From: Prochlorococcus sp. AG-418-F08
GTDB taxonomy: Bacteria; Cyanobacteriota; Cyanobacteriia; PCC-6307; Cyanobiaceae
Direction of reading: 5' to 3'
Length of the DNA: 64,000 bases
NCBI GenBank assembly: GCA_003214295.1
Contig: QCLV01000005.1
Location: 3,312 to 67,311, forward strand
This document shows positions 11,201-19,792 of the stretch, piece by piece; position 1 is the first letter of the stretch; each line of letters opens with the position of its first letter. A model generated the notes under the pieces. The model was not told the DNA's origin, searched no databases, and saw nothing but the letters and a program-made list of their open reading frames with translations. A program made the position numbers and the translations under genes.

Positions 11201-12646
11201 TTATTTACCCACAACCCATGTATCTTTGCATCCTCCACCTTGAGAAGAATTAACGACTAATGATCCTTTTTTTAATGCTACTCTCGTAAGCCCGCCTGGG
11301 CTAACCCATGAATCTTTTCCTCTTAAGATATATGGTCTTAAATCAACATGACATGGATATAATTCTCCATCACATAACGATGGCACAGTAGATAATTCTA
11401 ATGTTGGTTGTGCTATAAAATTTCTAGGATTATTTTTAATTTTATTAGCGAATTCTTCTATCTCACTCGTTGTTGAGTGAGGGCCAATTAACATTCCATA
11501 ACCACCAGCTTCTGCGACAGACTTAACGACAAGTTTTGATAAATTTTCTAGAACATATTCTCGATCCTTTTGATAATGACAAAGATAAGTTTCTACATTT
11601 TTAATAATAATTTCTTCATCAAGATAATATTTAATCATTTTTGGAACAAAAGAATAAATCATTTTGTCATCTGCTATTCCAGTCCCAGGTGCATTTGCTA
11701 AAGCAACATGACCTGCCTTAAAAACATCAAGTAATCCGCTAACACCAAGGTAGGAATCTTTTCTGAAATTAAGTGGATCTAAGAAATCATCATCAATTCG
11801 CCTGTAAATGACATCTACTCTTTTTAATCCAGAGGTAGTTTTTAAATATACATAATCATCACTACAAACTAAGTCATGACCCTGAACTAGTTGTATGCCC
11901 ATTTCTTGAGCTAAATAACTATGTTCAAAATAAGCACTATTAAAAATTCCTGGAGTTAGTAGAACTATCTTTGGAGTGTCAGTCCAAACAGCTAGTTCTT
12001 GAAGAGTCTTTAAAAGATATGATGGATATTCATCAATTGGTTTAACTATTCTTCCTGAGAAAAGATTAGGAAAAATATTCTTCATGACTAATCTATTTTC
12101 TAAAAAATAAGCAACACCAGAAGGGCACCTTAAATTATCTTCTAAAACATGCCAATCTCCTTTTCTATCTCTTATTAAATCAAGTCCTGAAATTTGACAC
12201 CATTTATTTAGTGGAGGTTTGAAACCTATCATCTGAGGTCTCCAACCTTCTGAACTCTCTATTAATTCTCTTGGAATGATTCCATCATTAATTATTTTTT
12301 GAGAATTATAAATATCATCTAGGAATAAATCAATTGCCTCAAGCCTTTGTTTTAGTCCTTTTTCTAACGTTATCCAATCATCTTTACTAATTATTCTAGG
12401 AAGTGGATCAAAAGGTAATATTCTCTCAGTACCTTTTAACCCAGTATCGTTTAATCTAAAAGTTGCGCCATGTCTTAGTAATAATTTCTTAGCTGAAGAA
12501 TGATTCCTGTTTAATTCTTCAAGACCCATATTATCTAATGAGGAAAGAAGTGGAATTAATATTTCTCTAGCAGAATTAACATTATCCTTAAAGTATTCAT
12601 CAAAACTATTTTTAGGCCGATAACTTGAAAACATATTTTTCATCAT
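11201..12646 (-). CDS. circularly permuted type 2 ATP-grasp protein
   Basis: PFDPLPR, VLEDNLRCPSG, YFEHSYLA, YRRIDDDFLDP, GGLTRVAL, VVNSSQGGGCKDTWV. Confidence 0.92.
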   Translation of the reverse strand: MMKNMFSSYRPKNSFDEYFKDNVNSAREILIPLLSSLDNMGLEELNRNHSSAKKLLLRHGATFRLNDTGLKGTERILPFDPLPRIISKDDWITLEKGLKQRLEAIDLFLDDIYNSQKIINDGIIPRELIESSEGWRPQMIGFKPPLNKWCQISGLDLIRDRKGDWHVLEDNLRCPSGVAYFLENRLVMKNIFPNLFSGRIVKPIDEYPSYLLKTLQELAVWTDTPKIVLLTPGIFNSAYFEHSYLAQEMGIQLVQGHDLVCSDDYVYLKTTSGLKRVDVIYRRIDDDFLDPLNFRKDSYLGVSGLLDVFKAGHVALANAPGTGIADDKMIYSFVPKMIKYYLDEEIIIKNVETYLCHYQKDREYVLENLSKLVVKSVAEAGGYGMLIGPHSTTSEIEEFANKIKNNPRNFIAQPTLELSTVPSLCDGELYPCHVDLRPYILRGKDSWVSPGGLTRVALKKGSLVVNSSQGGGCKDTWVVGK

Positions 12647-12681
12647 TTAGTAATTTTTACTTTAGCTTTATATCTTTATTC

Positions 12682-12695
12682 GTATTTATGGCTAC
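12682..12695 (-). promoter_or_regulatory. putative NtcA-binding site
   Basis: Minus strand GTAGCCATAAATAC = GTA-N8-TAC, 35 bp upstream of the ATP-grasp start. Confidence 0.6.
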
Positions 12696-12771
12696 CAAAA
12701 ATAATATCTCTTGACTCGATCTATATCATTATTTTGATCATTGGAGTATATTTCTTAAAAATCTAAAAGGT

Positions 12772-13008
12772 ATGAGTTCTAGTAATTGGCAATTTGTATT
12801 TTTTAGATATTTCGCAAGCTTTCTTTTTATTCTATCTCATAGTTTGCTGGTTCTTGATCATTTGCCCGTGGGGGCGGCACTTCACGGACTTGGAGAAGTT
12901 TTTATTGCTCCTTGGGCTTTTAAGGAAAGAGCATGGGATCTTGTTGTTATTGCAGTTTTATTTTTCTTTTTTGATATCTGGGGACTTATAAACACTCCAT
13001 GGAATTAA
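12772..13008 (+). CDS. small hypothetical membrane protein
   Basis: 78-aa hydrophobic ORF with HG.GE..APW and AWD motifs. Confidence 0.65.
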   Translation: MSSSNWQFVFFRYFASFLFILSHSLLVLDHLPVGAALHGLGEVFIAPWAFKERAWDLVVIAVLFFFFDIWGLINTPWN

Positions 13009-13272
13009 TTGATATTATTTATTTATTATTTCTGGGAAATTATACTAAAAATGAAGTTTAATTTTTATCAAATTTATAAAATAATTTTTCTTTTATTACT
13101 TACGAATATTTCCAATTTATATGCACATAATTTATTTAATGGTGGTTGCAAAGATCATTGTGGGCAAGAAGTTAAAGTGATAAGTAATAAAAACAAATTA
13201 AAAAATTTTGATGATCAAATAAATATTGAGAGTAAAAATTCTTGTTTAAATAAATCACTCTGTAGAGGTTGA
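13009..13272 (+). CDS. hypothetical secreted Cys-containing protein
   Basis: Signal-like N-terminus (start may be 13051), GGCKDHC and C-terminal CLNKSLC. Confidence 0.55.
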   Translation: MILFIYYFWEIILKMKFNFYQIYKIIFLLLLTNISNLYAHNLFNGGCKDHCGQEVKVISNKNKLKNFDDQINIESKNSCLNKSLCRG

Positions 13273-13295
13273 CCTCTCTAGACTTTTAAATTGTT

Positions 13296-13571
13296 TTATG
13301 AGATTCTCTCTTTGATAATTACCATAAAAGTACTATTTGCTTGATAATTTTTATTAGGAGGATTTATTTGATTTTTAATTAAAAAAATAAAAGTATATAT
13401 TAACGGTAAAAGTAATGATGAGGCGGCAACCAAAGCAATTATCTGGTTCAACCTAATAAATGGTTTTTTCACAAGATCCTCTCCGCACAAGCCACAAATC
13501 AAAGTACCTTTTGAGGATTGTTTTTGAAATTGATATTTAGGATTGCAATATGGGCAATAATATCTAACCAT
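13296..13571 (-). CDS. hypothetical zinc-ribbon membrane protein
   Basis: CPYC...CGLC followed by one TM segment. Confidence 0.65.
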   Translation of the reverse strand: MVRYYCPYCNPKYQFQKQSSKGTLICGLCGEDLVKKPFIRLNQIIALVAASSLLLPLIYTFIFLIKNQINPPNKNYQANSTFMVIIKERIS

Positions 13572-13628
13572 TTTTAAAATTTATTGTTTTAATCATTATC
13601 TATAAAACTAGAAGAAAGTCATCTTATT

Positions 13629-13659
13629 AAAAAAAAGAGGGCTTAAAAAGCCCTCTTTT
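13629..13659 (-). terminator. intrinsic terminator (possibly bidirectional)
   Basis: AAAAGAGGGCT-TAAAA-AGCCCTCTTTT inverted repeat; longer U tract on the minus strand. Confidence 0.75.
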
Positions 13660-13940
13660 ATCTCTTACTTATAATTTTTTACTGAAGTTAATAACGCACC
13701 TAAATCATGGATCCTTGTTGCTAACTTCTATTAAGCTAATGCTCACCAAAATTAACTAATTGTCTTTAACTGGGGCAAAAACTCTAGAATTAAGCTTGTT
13801 TCTTAAAGGGCACCTAAACGACGCAGAAGAAGGAAGCTTAGACATTAATAAAAAATAATTGGAGCAGTTAATTAAATTAGTTGCGGGTTATTCCGAAATT
13901 TCAGGCAGGCTATCGATCATTTTGAAAGACCTCCTAGAAC
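13629..13940 (-). ncRNA. candidate ~310-nt sRNA or dual-function RNA (possibly Yfr6-like)
   Basis: TATATT -10 at 13951-13946, AGGAGG, two short ORFs, repeated TTTAGGTGC, orphan terminator; Yfr6 resemblance is from memory and unverified. Confidence 0.4.
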
Positions 13941-14132
13941 TCAACAATATAAAATTAGGAAAATATTTCTCTAAAGACAATCCGTTTTTATACGCATTGC
14001 TTTTTAATTAAAAATGTCCGAGAGTAGAAATCAATCGCGTTAATTTTTTTTAGATATTTTTAGTAAGTTTTGCTTATTTCTTTTGATATTTAATTCGACT
14101 ATCTTAATTTTAAATAATTGAGGAAATCTTTT

Positions 14133-14288
14133 ATGGGTCATTCGAAAGAAGTTAGTAAAACTGATAAATCAAATCCTATAGACGAATATTTTCAATGTCT
14201 CTCATATTGCGATATTCACCCAAAAGGGATTGATAATGACTGTGAGGTCATTTGTATGGAAAGACATTTAAAAGATAACTATTGGTAA
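14133..14288 (+). CDS. 51-aa twin-CX3C microprotein
   Basis: GAGGA upstream; MGHSKEVSKTDKSNPIDEYFQCLSYCDIHPKGIDNDCEVICMERHLKDNYW; not in ORF track. Confidence 0.65.
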   Translation: MGHSKEVSKTDKSNPIDEYFQCLSYCDIHPKGIDNDCEVICMERHLKDNYW

Positions 14289-14306
14289 TTAATAAATTTC
14301 TACATT

Positions 14307-15380
14307 TTATTTAAATCCCTTTGAAAAAAGGTTAGTACGAACTTTAAATTCCCATACATTAACAACACCTTTTGCATTAACTGCTGCAAGTGCACAATCA
14401 TCAGGTCTCCAACTTATTGCCCCTACTAAATCTCCTGCGAATGCAGCCCCAACTGGATCTCCATTGCCGTCATTTTTTAGAAAACTAGCGACAACAGAAC
14501 CATCCCTAGATCCTGAGGCTACAAGCATACCTTTATTTGAAAATGCCAGGCTCGAAATGGGTTCTGTATGGTGAAATAGCTCTCCTGGCATAGTCCCCTC
14601 TGGACCATTTCCTATAAAGCTCCATACTGTAATTCTTTCACTGCCACTAGTTGCTAGTAATTTTCCACTGTCATCAAAAGAGAGGTGACTTGGTTTGCCA
14701 GGGTATCCCGTCATCTCTGCATCCATTCCTGTTGATCTTCTCCAAAAATGAACTGAATTGTCTTGACTACCGCAGGCAACTATATCTCCATCAGGACTTA
14801 ATTCCATAGATACCAATGATCCTTGCCATTCGAGTTTTTGATTCGTTTTATTATTAACTATGTCAAAGAATGTAACTCTTCCATAGCAAGCAGTTGCTAG
14901 CTCATTTTTATTTGACCATGTTATTGCACTTACTGTGCTTGGATGGTCTTCTGAGATCCATTTTTCTTCACCAATTTCATTAAAAACAGATACTTTTTTT
15001 GAGGAAGCTATCGCCAAAAATAAACCGTCATTAGACCACTTGAGGTGTTCTACCCAACCTTTGCCAAGATCAAGTGTTTTAATAACTTTACCTTCATGGC
15101 AATTACAAATTTGAACATTTCCATCCTGACCTGATGTTGCAAAAATTTCACCCTCTGGATGAATTGCAATTGCTAGTAGACCACCAGAGTGAGTATTTTC
15201 TTTTTTCCAAATAATTTTTCCAGTATCTCCCTCGAATGCAAAAATTCCACCTGCCACGTCACCAACAATAAATTGTTTCCCTTTAAGAGCCCAGCCACAT
15301 GCTATGGCATAATCGCTAACTTCAGCTGTCCATCCCTCGTGGAACATACCTCTTGGGCTAAATGATTCTATATCAGGCAT
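14307..15380 (-). CDS. WD40 repeat beta-propeller protein
   Basis: Repeats such as ATSGQDGNVQI, ACGSQDNSVHFW, ASGSRDGSV; overlaps CobW stop. Confidence 0.88.
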   Translation of the reverse strand: MPDIESFSPRGMFHEGWTAEVSDYAIACGWALKGKQFIVGDVAGGIFAFEGDTGKIIWKKENTHSGGLLAIAIHPEGEIFATSGQDGNVQICNCHEGKVIKTLDLGKGWVEHLKWSNDGLFLAIASSKKVSVFNEIGEEKWISEDHPSTVSAITWSNKNELATACYGRVTFFDIVNNKTNQKLEWQGSLVSMELSPDGDIVACGSQDNSVHFWRRSTGMDAEMTGYPGKPSHLSFDDSGKLLATSGSERITVWSFIGNGPEGTMPGELFHHTEPISSLAFSNKGMLVASGSRDGSVVASFLKNDGNGDPVGAAFAGDLVGAISWRPDDCALAAVNAKGVVNVWEFKVRTNLFSKGFK

Positions 15381-16717
15381 TTATCAAAGCCTTCTTGCAT
15401 CTCTTTCTCGTTTAGATTTCTACCGATAAAAACAAGTTGATTTCTACGAGGTTCATTACCCCATTCTTTATCAGGTTGTGCAGTAAATAACATATGTACT
15501 CCCTGGAAAACTATTCGCCTTGGGTTACCTGAGTAACTTATGAAACCTTTGGTTCTGAATATATCTACCCCTTTTTCTGATAGAAGCCTTCCCATCCAAG
15601 TATTTAGTTTTTCTGGGTCAACATCTCCAAAACGCTCTATAGCAATTGAGCCTACCTCATCATCATGTTCATGCTCTGCTTGCCAGAACCTTTCATTATT
15701 AAATGGAATCTCATTATTTTCGTCACTTTTAATGACTTTCATATTAAATTCTTCAGCAGTGTGCTGTGTAAACAAACCTATTTTTGTTGGCTTTTCTATG
15801 TTCAGGATAAAGGATTTATTTCCTTTATCCTCCAATTTGAGATTTATATGTTCTCCATATGGGATAGTATTTCCAGGCTCTAAAGTATTAGCTTTTTCTG
15901 CATAAAGTCTCACGGAGCATTCAGCACCATCTTTAAGTTCCTCCTCACTCTCACCTTGGTTAGCGAGAGCTACTAATGACATTTCTGGATCTGGTCCTTC
16001 TTCTAGCATTAATTCATATTTACCTGCATCAAGATCGTAAACACCCGTCCATTCGAAAGGATATTCTGGTTCAAGGAATGTTGGCCTGCGTTTAAGGATC
16101 TGATCAAGATCAAATGCACTTAGATTTAAGACTGTTTCAATTGGTACTTTGGCATTCTCGGCTCTAATAATTCGGGTCATTCGGTTCATATCTCTCAATC
16201 TCGATTCAAGAGTATCTAGTGCATCATCAGAGACTAAATCAGTTTTATTAAGGACGAGAACATCTGCAAATGCCACTTGTTCTGAACTTTCATCACTCCT
16301 GCCTAGCTGCTGATCAATGTGGGCAGCATCAACTAAAGTTACAATTCCATCAAGAGTGAATTCAGAACTTATCTCTTCATCCATGAAAAATGTCTGAGCA
16401 ACTGGTCCAGGATCTGCTAATCCTGTCGTTTCTACTAAAACATAGTCAAACTTATCTCTTCTTTTCATAAGGTTGCCAAGGACTCTTATTAAATCACCGC
16501 GAACAGTACAACAAATGCACCCGTTTGACATCTCAAACACTTCTTCATCGGCATTAATTACGAGCCCTTGATCTATACCTACTTCACCGTATTCATTCTC
16601 AATTACGGCTATTCTTTTTCCGTGCTCTTCACTTAATATTCTATTAAGCAAAGTAGTCTTCCCTGAACCTAAGAATCCAGTGAGGATGGTTACGGGAACT
16701 TTATCTTTGATGCTCAT
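15368..16717 (-). CDS. COG0523/CobW-family G3E GTPase (putative zinc metallochaperone) with internal insertion
   Basis: TGFLGSGKTT, NEYGE, GCICCT, ETTGLADP, NKTD, C-terminal FRTKG/FQGVH/LVFIG. Confidence 0.92.
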   Translation of the reverse strand: MSIKDKVPVTILTGFLGSGKTTLLNRILSEEHGKRIAVIENEYGEVGIDQGLVINADEEVFEMSNGCICCTVRGDLIRVLGNLMKRRDKFDYVLVETTGLADPGPVAQTFFMDEEISSEFTLDGIVTLVDAAHIDQQLGRSDESSEQVAFADVLVLNKTDLVSDDALDTLESRLRDMNRMTRIIRAENAKVPIETVLNLSAFDLDQILKRRPTFLEPEYPFEWTGVYDLDAGKYELMLEEGPDPEMSLVALANQGESEEELKDGAECSVRLYAEKANTLEPGNTIPYGEHINLKLEDKGNKSFILNIEKPTKIGLFTQHTAEEFNMKVIKSDENNEIPFNNERFWQAEHEHDDEVGSIAIERFGDVDPEKLNTWMGRLLSEKGVDIFRTKGFISYSGNPRRIVFQGVHMLFTAQPDKEWGNEPRRNQLVFIGRNLNEKEMQEGFDKCLI

Positions 16718-16767
16718 TTACTGACTTTTACTAAATAAACATTACTCTAATAATACTAATAATAAGA

Positions 16768-16786
16768 AATGAAAACCGTTTTTATT
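16768..16786. promoter_or_regulatory. possible Zur box upstream of cobW-WD40
   Basis: Imperfect palindrome AATGAAAACCGTTTTTATT resembling the box upstream of znuA. Confidence 0.45.
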
Positions 16787-16794
16787 AGAAAAAT

Positions 16795-18420
16795 TTAATC
16801 TGAAAGTTTGTACCATTCAGACTCAAGATTGGAGCCGGATTCTTTATCACAGCTTCCACCTAATGAATCAACAATTGTACAAGTATTGTGAACAGCTACT
16901 GAAACCGTATTACCATCCATCATCAATCCATCAACGAATATTTGATTAGAAGCTAAAGGAACTGAACTTTGTCTACTTAAGTTCCTTAATAACTTAGATG
17001 CTGGAATTTGTTCAGGAAATATTGCCTGAACTTTCTCTTCATCTAACATTTTTAAAGTAGAACTTATGTTGTCTGGCCTCAGGCTTGAGGAGTCTCCAAG
17101 AAAGTCAAGTAAACTAATGGTTTCAAAACCAAATGCATCCCCGTAGTATTCCAATGCTTTGTGTTTAGAGACAATTACTCTGTTTTTCTTAGGAATAGAG
17201 CTTACTTGTTCGACGATCCAACTATCTAAGCCTTCTAAGAGAGAATCAGCTTTTTCGAATCTTTCATTAATTAGTTTTCTGTCACCTCTATTAAAAACTG
17301 AAATATCTTTCTTTAAACTTTTGCTTATAAGATCTCCCATTTTTATGATGTTATGCGGATCATGCCATACATGTGGATCTAGACCTCCATGGTCATGATG
17401 ATGATGACCCTCTCCTTCGTCTGGAACTTGTGCTATTGGTTCTACATCACTATTTGAAACGTCTTTAAAAAAGTGTTGAGTTGCTTCAAACTCAAAAGGC
17501 ATGTGTTCAGTAAAAAATATATATTGACCATCTTCTTTGATATCAACTTTAAAAACAGTACTTTCTTTTCTTTGATCAAAGTTAAGAACAAAAGCTTTAT
17601 TACTTGCTATCAAAGTACCATCATTTTTTCTGCTTATTGAGTCTTTAGATCCTAATAATTCTTTGGCTAAATCTTCAGACCCTTCTATGTCATTAGATTT
17701 GAGAATCACCATCTTCATTTTAGGATCTGCATATTCGCCATCGACTTTTTCAAATGACCATTTGTAAGAACCCTTAGAAAGTTGAAATTTGCCTGCCCAT
17801 TCGAAAGCACCTTCTGCATGATCATCATGTCCTCCATGGTCTGAATGATCATCATGACCTCCATGATCAGAATGATCATCTACTTTAGCTGAATGTTCAG
17901 AATGATCGTCATGTCCACCATGGTCTGAGTGATCATCATGACCCCCATGATCAGAATGATCATCTACTTTAGCTGAATGTTCAGAATGATCGTCATGTCC
18001 ACCATGGTCTGAGTGATCATCATGACCCCCATGATCAGAATGATCATCTACGTCTATTGCACTAACACCTACAACAACAGTATTCTTTTTATTTTCCCAA
18101 TTTCTCATACTTGGAGTCATTTCTTTGCCAAGAGTAAATACTTTATCTGCGCTATTTAGTAATTGAGCTTGCCTTGGATTGATCTTTAAGTCATGAACAT
18201 CTTGTTTCCTATTTACTAAGCATGTAACTTCGTCAGATGGTAATGCAATTGATTTAACTAAATCACAAACTAGTGGTTCTACCGCTACATATGACTTTCC
18301 TTTAGCCATAACATCCTGCCCAAAACCAGAAAATATAATCGTTCCAGCGATTACGGAATTTTTAATAATTGACTTACTCGAACCTTTTTTATTTGTTAAA
18401 AGTCTTTTAAAAATTGACAT
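16795..18420 (-). CDS. znuA: zinc ABC transporter substrate-binding protein with His-rich repeats and inserted domain
   Basis: Cluster A-I motifs DVHD, DPHVW, HKALEYY; adjacent znuC/zur/znuB. Confidence 0.85.
   Translation of the reverse strand: MSIFKRLLTNKKGSSKSIIKNSVIAGTIIFSGFGQDVMAKGKSYVAVEPLVCDLVKSIALPSDEVTCLVNRKQDVHDLKINPRQAQLLNSADKVFTLGKEMTPSMRNWENKKNTVVVGVSAIDVDDHSDHGGHDDHSDHGGHDDHSEHSAKVDDHSDHGGHDDHSDHGGHDDHSEHSAKVDDHSDHGGHDDHSDHGGHDDHAEGAFEWAGKFQLSKGSYKWSFEKVDGEYADPKMKMVILKSNDIEGSEDLAKELLGSKDSISRKNDGTLIASNKAFVLNFDQRKESTVFKVDIKEDGQYIFFTEHMPFEFEATQHFFKDVSNSDVEPIAQVPDEGEGHHHHDHGGLDPHVWHDPHNIIKMGDLISKSLKKDISVFNRGDRKLINERFEKADSLLEGLDSWIVEQVSSIPKKNRVIVSKHKALEYYGDAFGFETISLLDFLGDSSSLRPDNISSTLKMLDEEKVQAIFPEQIPASKLLRNLSRQSSVPLASNQIFVDGLMMDGNTVSVAVHNTCTIVDSLGGSCDKESGSNLESEWYKLSD
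17818..18050 (-). repeat. nested in-frame tandem repeat encoding His/Asp-rich loop
   Basis: 27-bp units (DDHSDHGGH) inside an 84-bp unit (TACTTTAGCT at 17881 and 17965). Confidence 0.9.
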
Positions 18421-18444
18421 GAAAAATAATTTAATACTTAAAAA

Positions 18445-18459
18445 TGATAATCATTTTCA
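18445..18459. promoter_or_regulatory. Zur box between divergent znuA and znuC
   Basis: TGATAATCATTTTCA fits cyanobacterial TGAnAATnATTnTCA, with AA/TT flanks extending the palindrome. Confidence 0.75.
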
Positions 18460-18556
18460 TTATGTCTGACAAGTAAAGGTATCAAATGTTATTAAAATAA
18501 TACGCAACTTGTATTATTGGTAAGCTTGTAAAGTGACTTTTTTTAAATATTAATTA

Positions 18557-19327
18557 ATGGCTACTTTAGTCGCTGAAAATTTAACCTTTGCATACGCAAA
18601 AAAAAGTAAGCCAGTTTTGAATAAGGTATCGGTTGAGATTAAACCTGGAACTCTAACAGCGTTAGTTGGCCCAAACGGCGCAGGTAAATCAACTCTTTTG
18701 AGAATTTTGCAAGGACAAAATACTCCAGATAAAGGCGAAATAAAAATTGACGGTGAAAATTTATATAGATCTAGAGCTCTTGTGGCACTTATGCCTCAAA
18801 GAAGTTCTATGAATTGGAAGTTCCCCATTACAGTTGAAAAATTGGTATCTCTTGGTCAAATAAAGTATTCAAAATCAAAAAGTAATAATCCATTTCAAAT
18901 TAAGACTCTCCTAGCATATCCTAATTCTTGGATTAATAAATGTTGTGAACTAGAGGCGACAATGCAGAGAGTAGGCATTGCAAGTTTGGCTAATAGAAGA
19001 CTCGATTCTCTTTCAGGAGGACAGCAGCAAAGAGCTCTATTAGCAAAAACTCTTATGTCCCCCGCAAAAATATTTCTTTTAGATGAACCTTGTGCAGCTT
19101 TGGACCCACCTGCAAAGGAGGATTTTCTTAAAATTGTTCGTCAACTTGCGGATGCGGGACTTTCTTTACTCGTAAGTAGCCATGATTGGGGCGATTCTTT
19201 AAATAACTATGATCAAGTAATTGTTCTTGATAAAAGTGTTTTGGCAGTTGGTAGTCCTGACCAAATAAAAGATAAATTAGAGGCAATAAACATTAGCTCT
19301 ATAAACGAAAATAATTTCTGTGATTAG
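18557..19327 (+). CDS. znuC: zinc ABC transporter ATP-binding protein
   Basis: GPNGAGKST, MPQR..FPITV, LSGGQQQR, LLDEP, SSHD. Confidence 0.85.
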   Translation: MATLVAENLTFAYAKKSKPVLNKVSVEIKPGTLTALVGPNGAGKSTLLRILQGQNTPDKGEIKIDGENLYRSRALVALMPQRSSMNWKFPITVEKLVSLGQIKYSKSKSNNPFQIKTLLAYPNSWINKCCELEATMQRVGIASLANRRLDSLSGGQQQRALLAKTLMSPAKIFLLDEPCAALDPPAKEDFLKIVRQLADAGLSLLVSSHDWGDSLNNYDQVIVLDKSVLAVGSPDQIKDKLEAINISSINENNFCD

Positions 19328-19340
19328 AGAATGTTCCTTT

Positions 19341-19736
19341 TTAATTTTGAGCTTGATAACAGTTTTGGCAAAGCCCGAAATACTCGAGGGTATGAAACAA
19401 CAATTGGAATTTCTTTGGATTTGTTTTGGGTGTATGAATATCTTTTACCGGGCATCCTTCCATTTTCGATGTCTCACCACATTGAACACAGGTCAAATGA
19501 TGAATATCTCTATCTACGGGAGTGTACAGAACCTCTCCAGTTGGGAGATGTCTAGAACGTATTAAGCCATGCTTTATCAGAACTTGAAGATTCCTGTAAA
19601 CAGTCGTCAGTCCCATAGCCTTTCCGCTTTCTATCAATTGTCTATGCAACTCTTGACCAGTCAATTCATCCTCGCATTTATTAAGTTCTTCAAGAAGTTG
19701 TTCTTGTCTTTTGGTAATGTCAGACTTAGTTACCAT
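19341..19736 (-). CDS. zur: Fur-family regulator, zinc uptake regulator
   Basis: GLTTVYRNL HTH, HHLTCVQC and CQNC motifs; start 19736 preferred, 19775 possible. Confidence 0.85.
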   Translation of the reverse strand: MVTKSDITKRQEQLLEELNKCEDELTGQELHRQLIESGKAMGLTTVYRNLQVLIKHGLIRSRHLPTGEVLYTPVDRDIHHLTCVQCGETSKMEGCPVKDIHTPKTNPKKFQLLFHTLEYFGLCQNCYQAQN

Positions 19737-19792
19737 TGTTTCCGAAATCTTTTTTTGTCCCGTATTTTTGATCATACCGAATCATTCGAATA

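Noticed and set aside
17818-18050. Repeat array as possible CRISPR
   Set aside because: In-frame coding repeats inside znuA, no unique spacers, no cas genes
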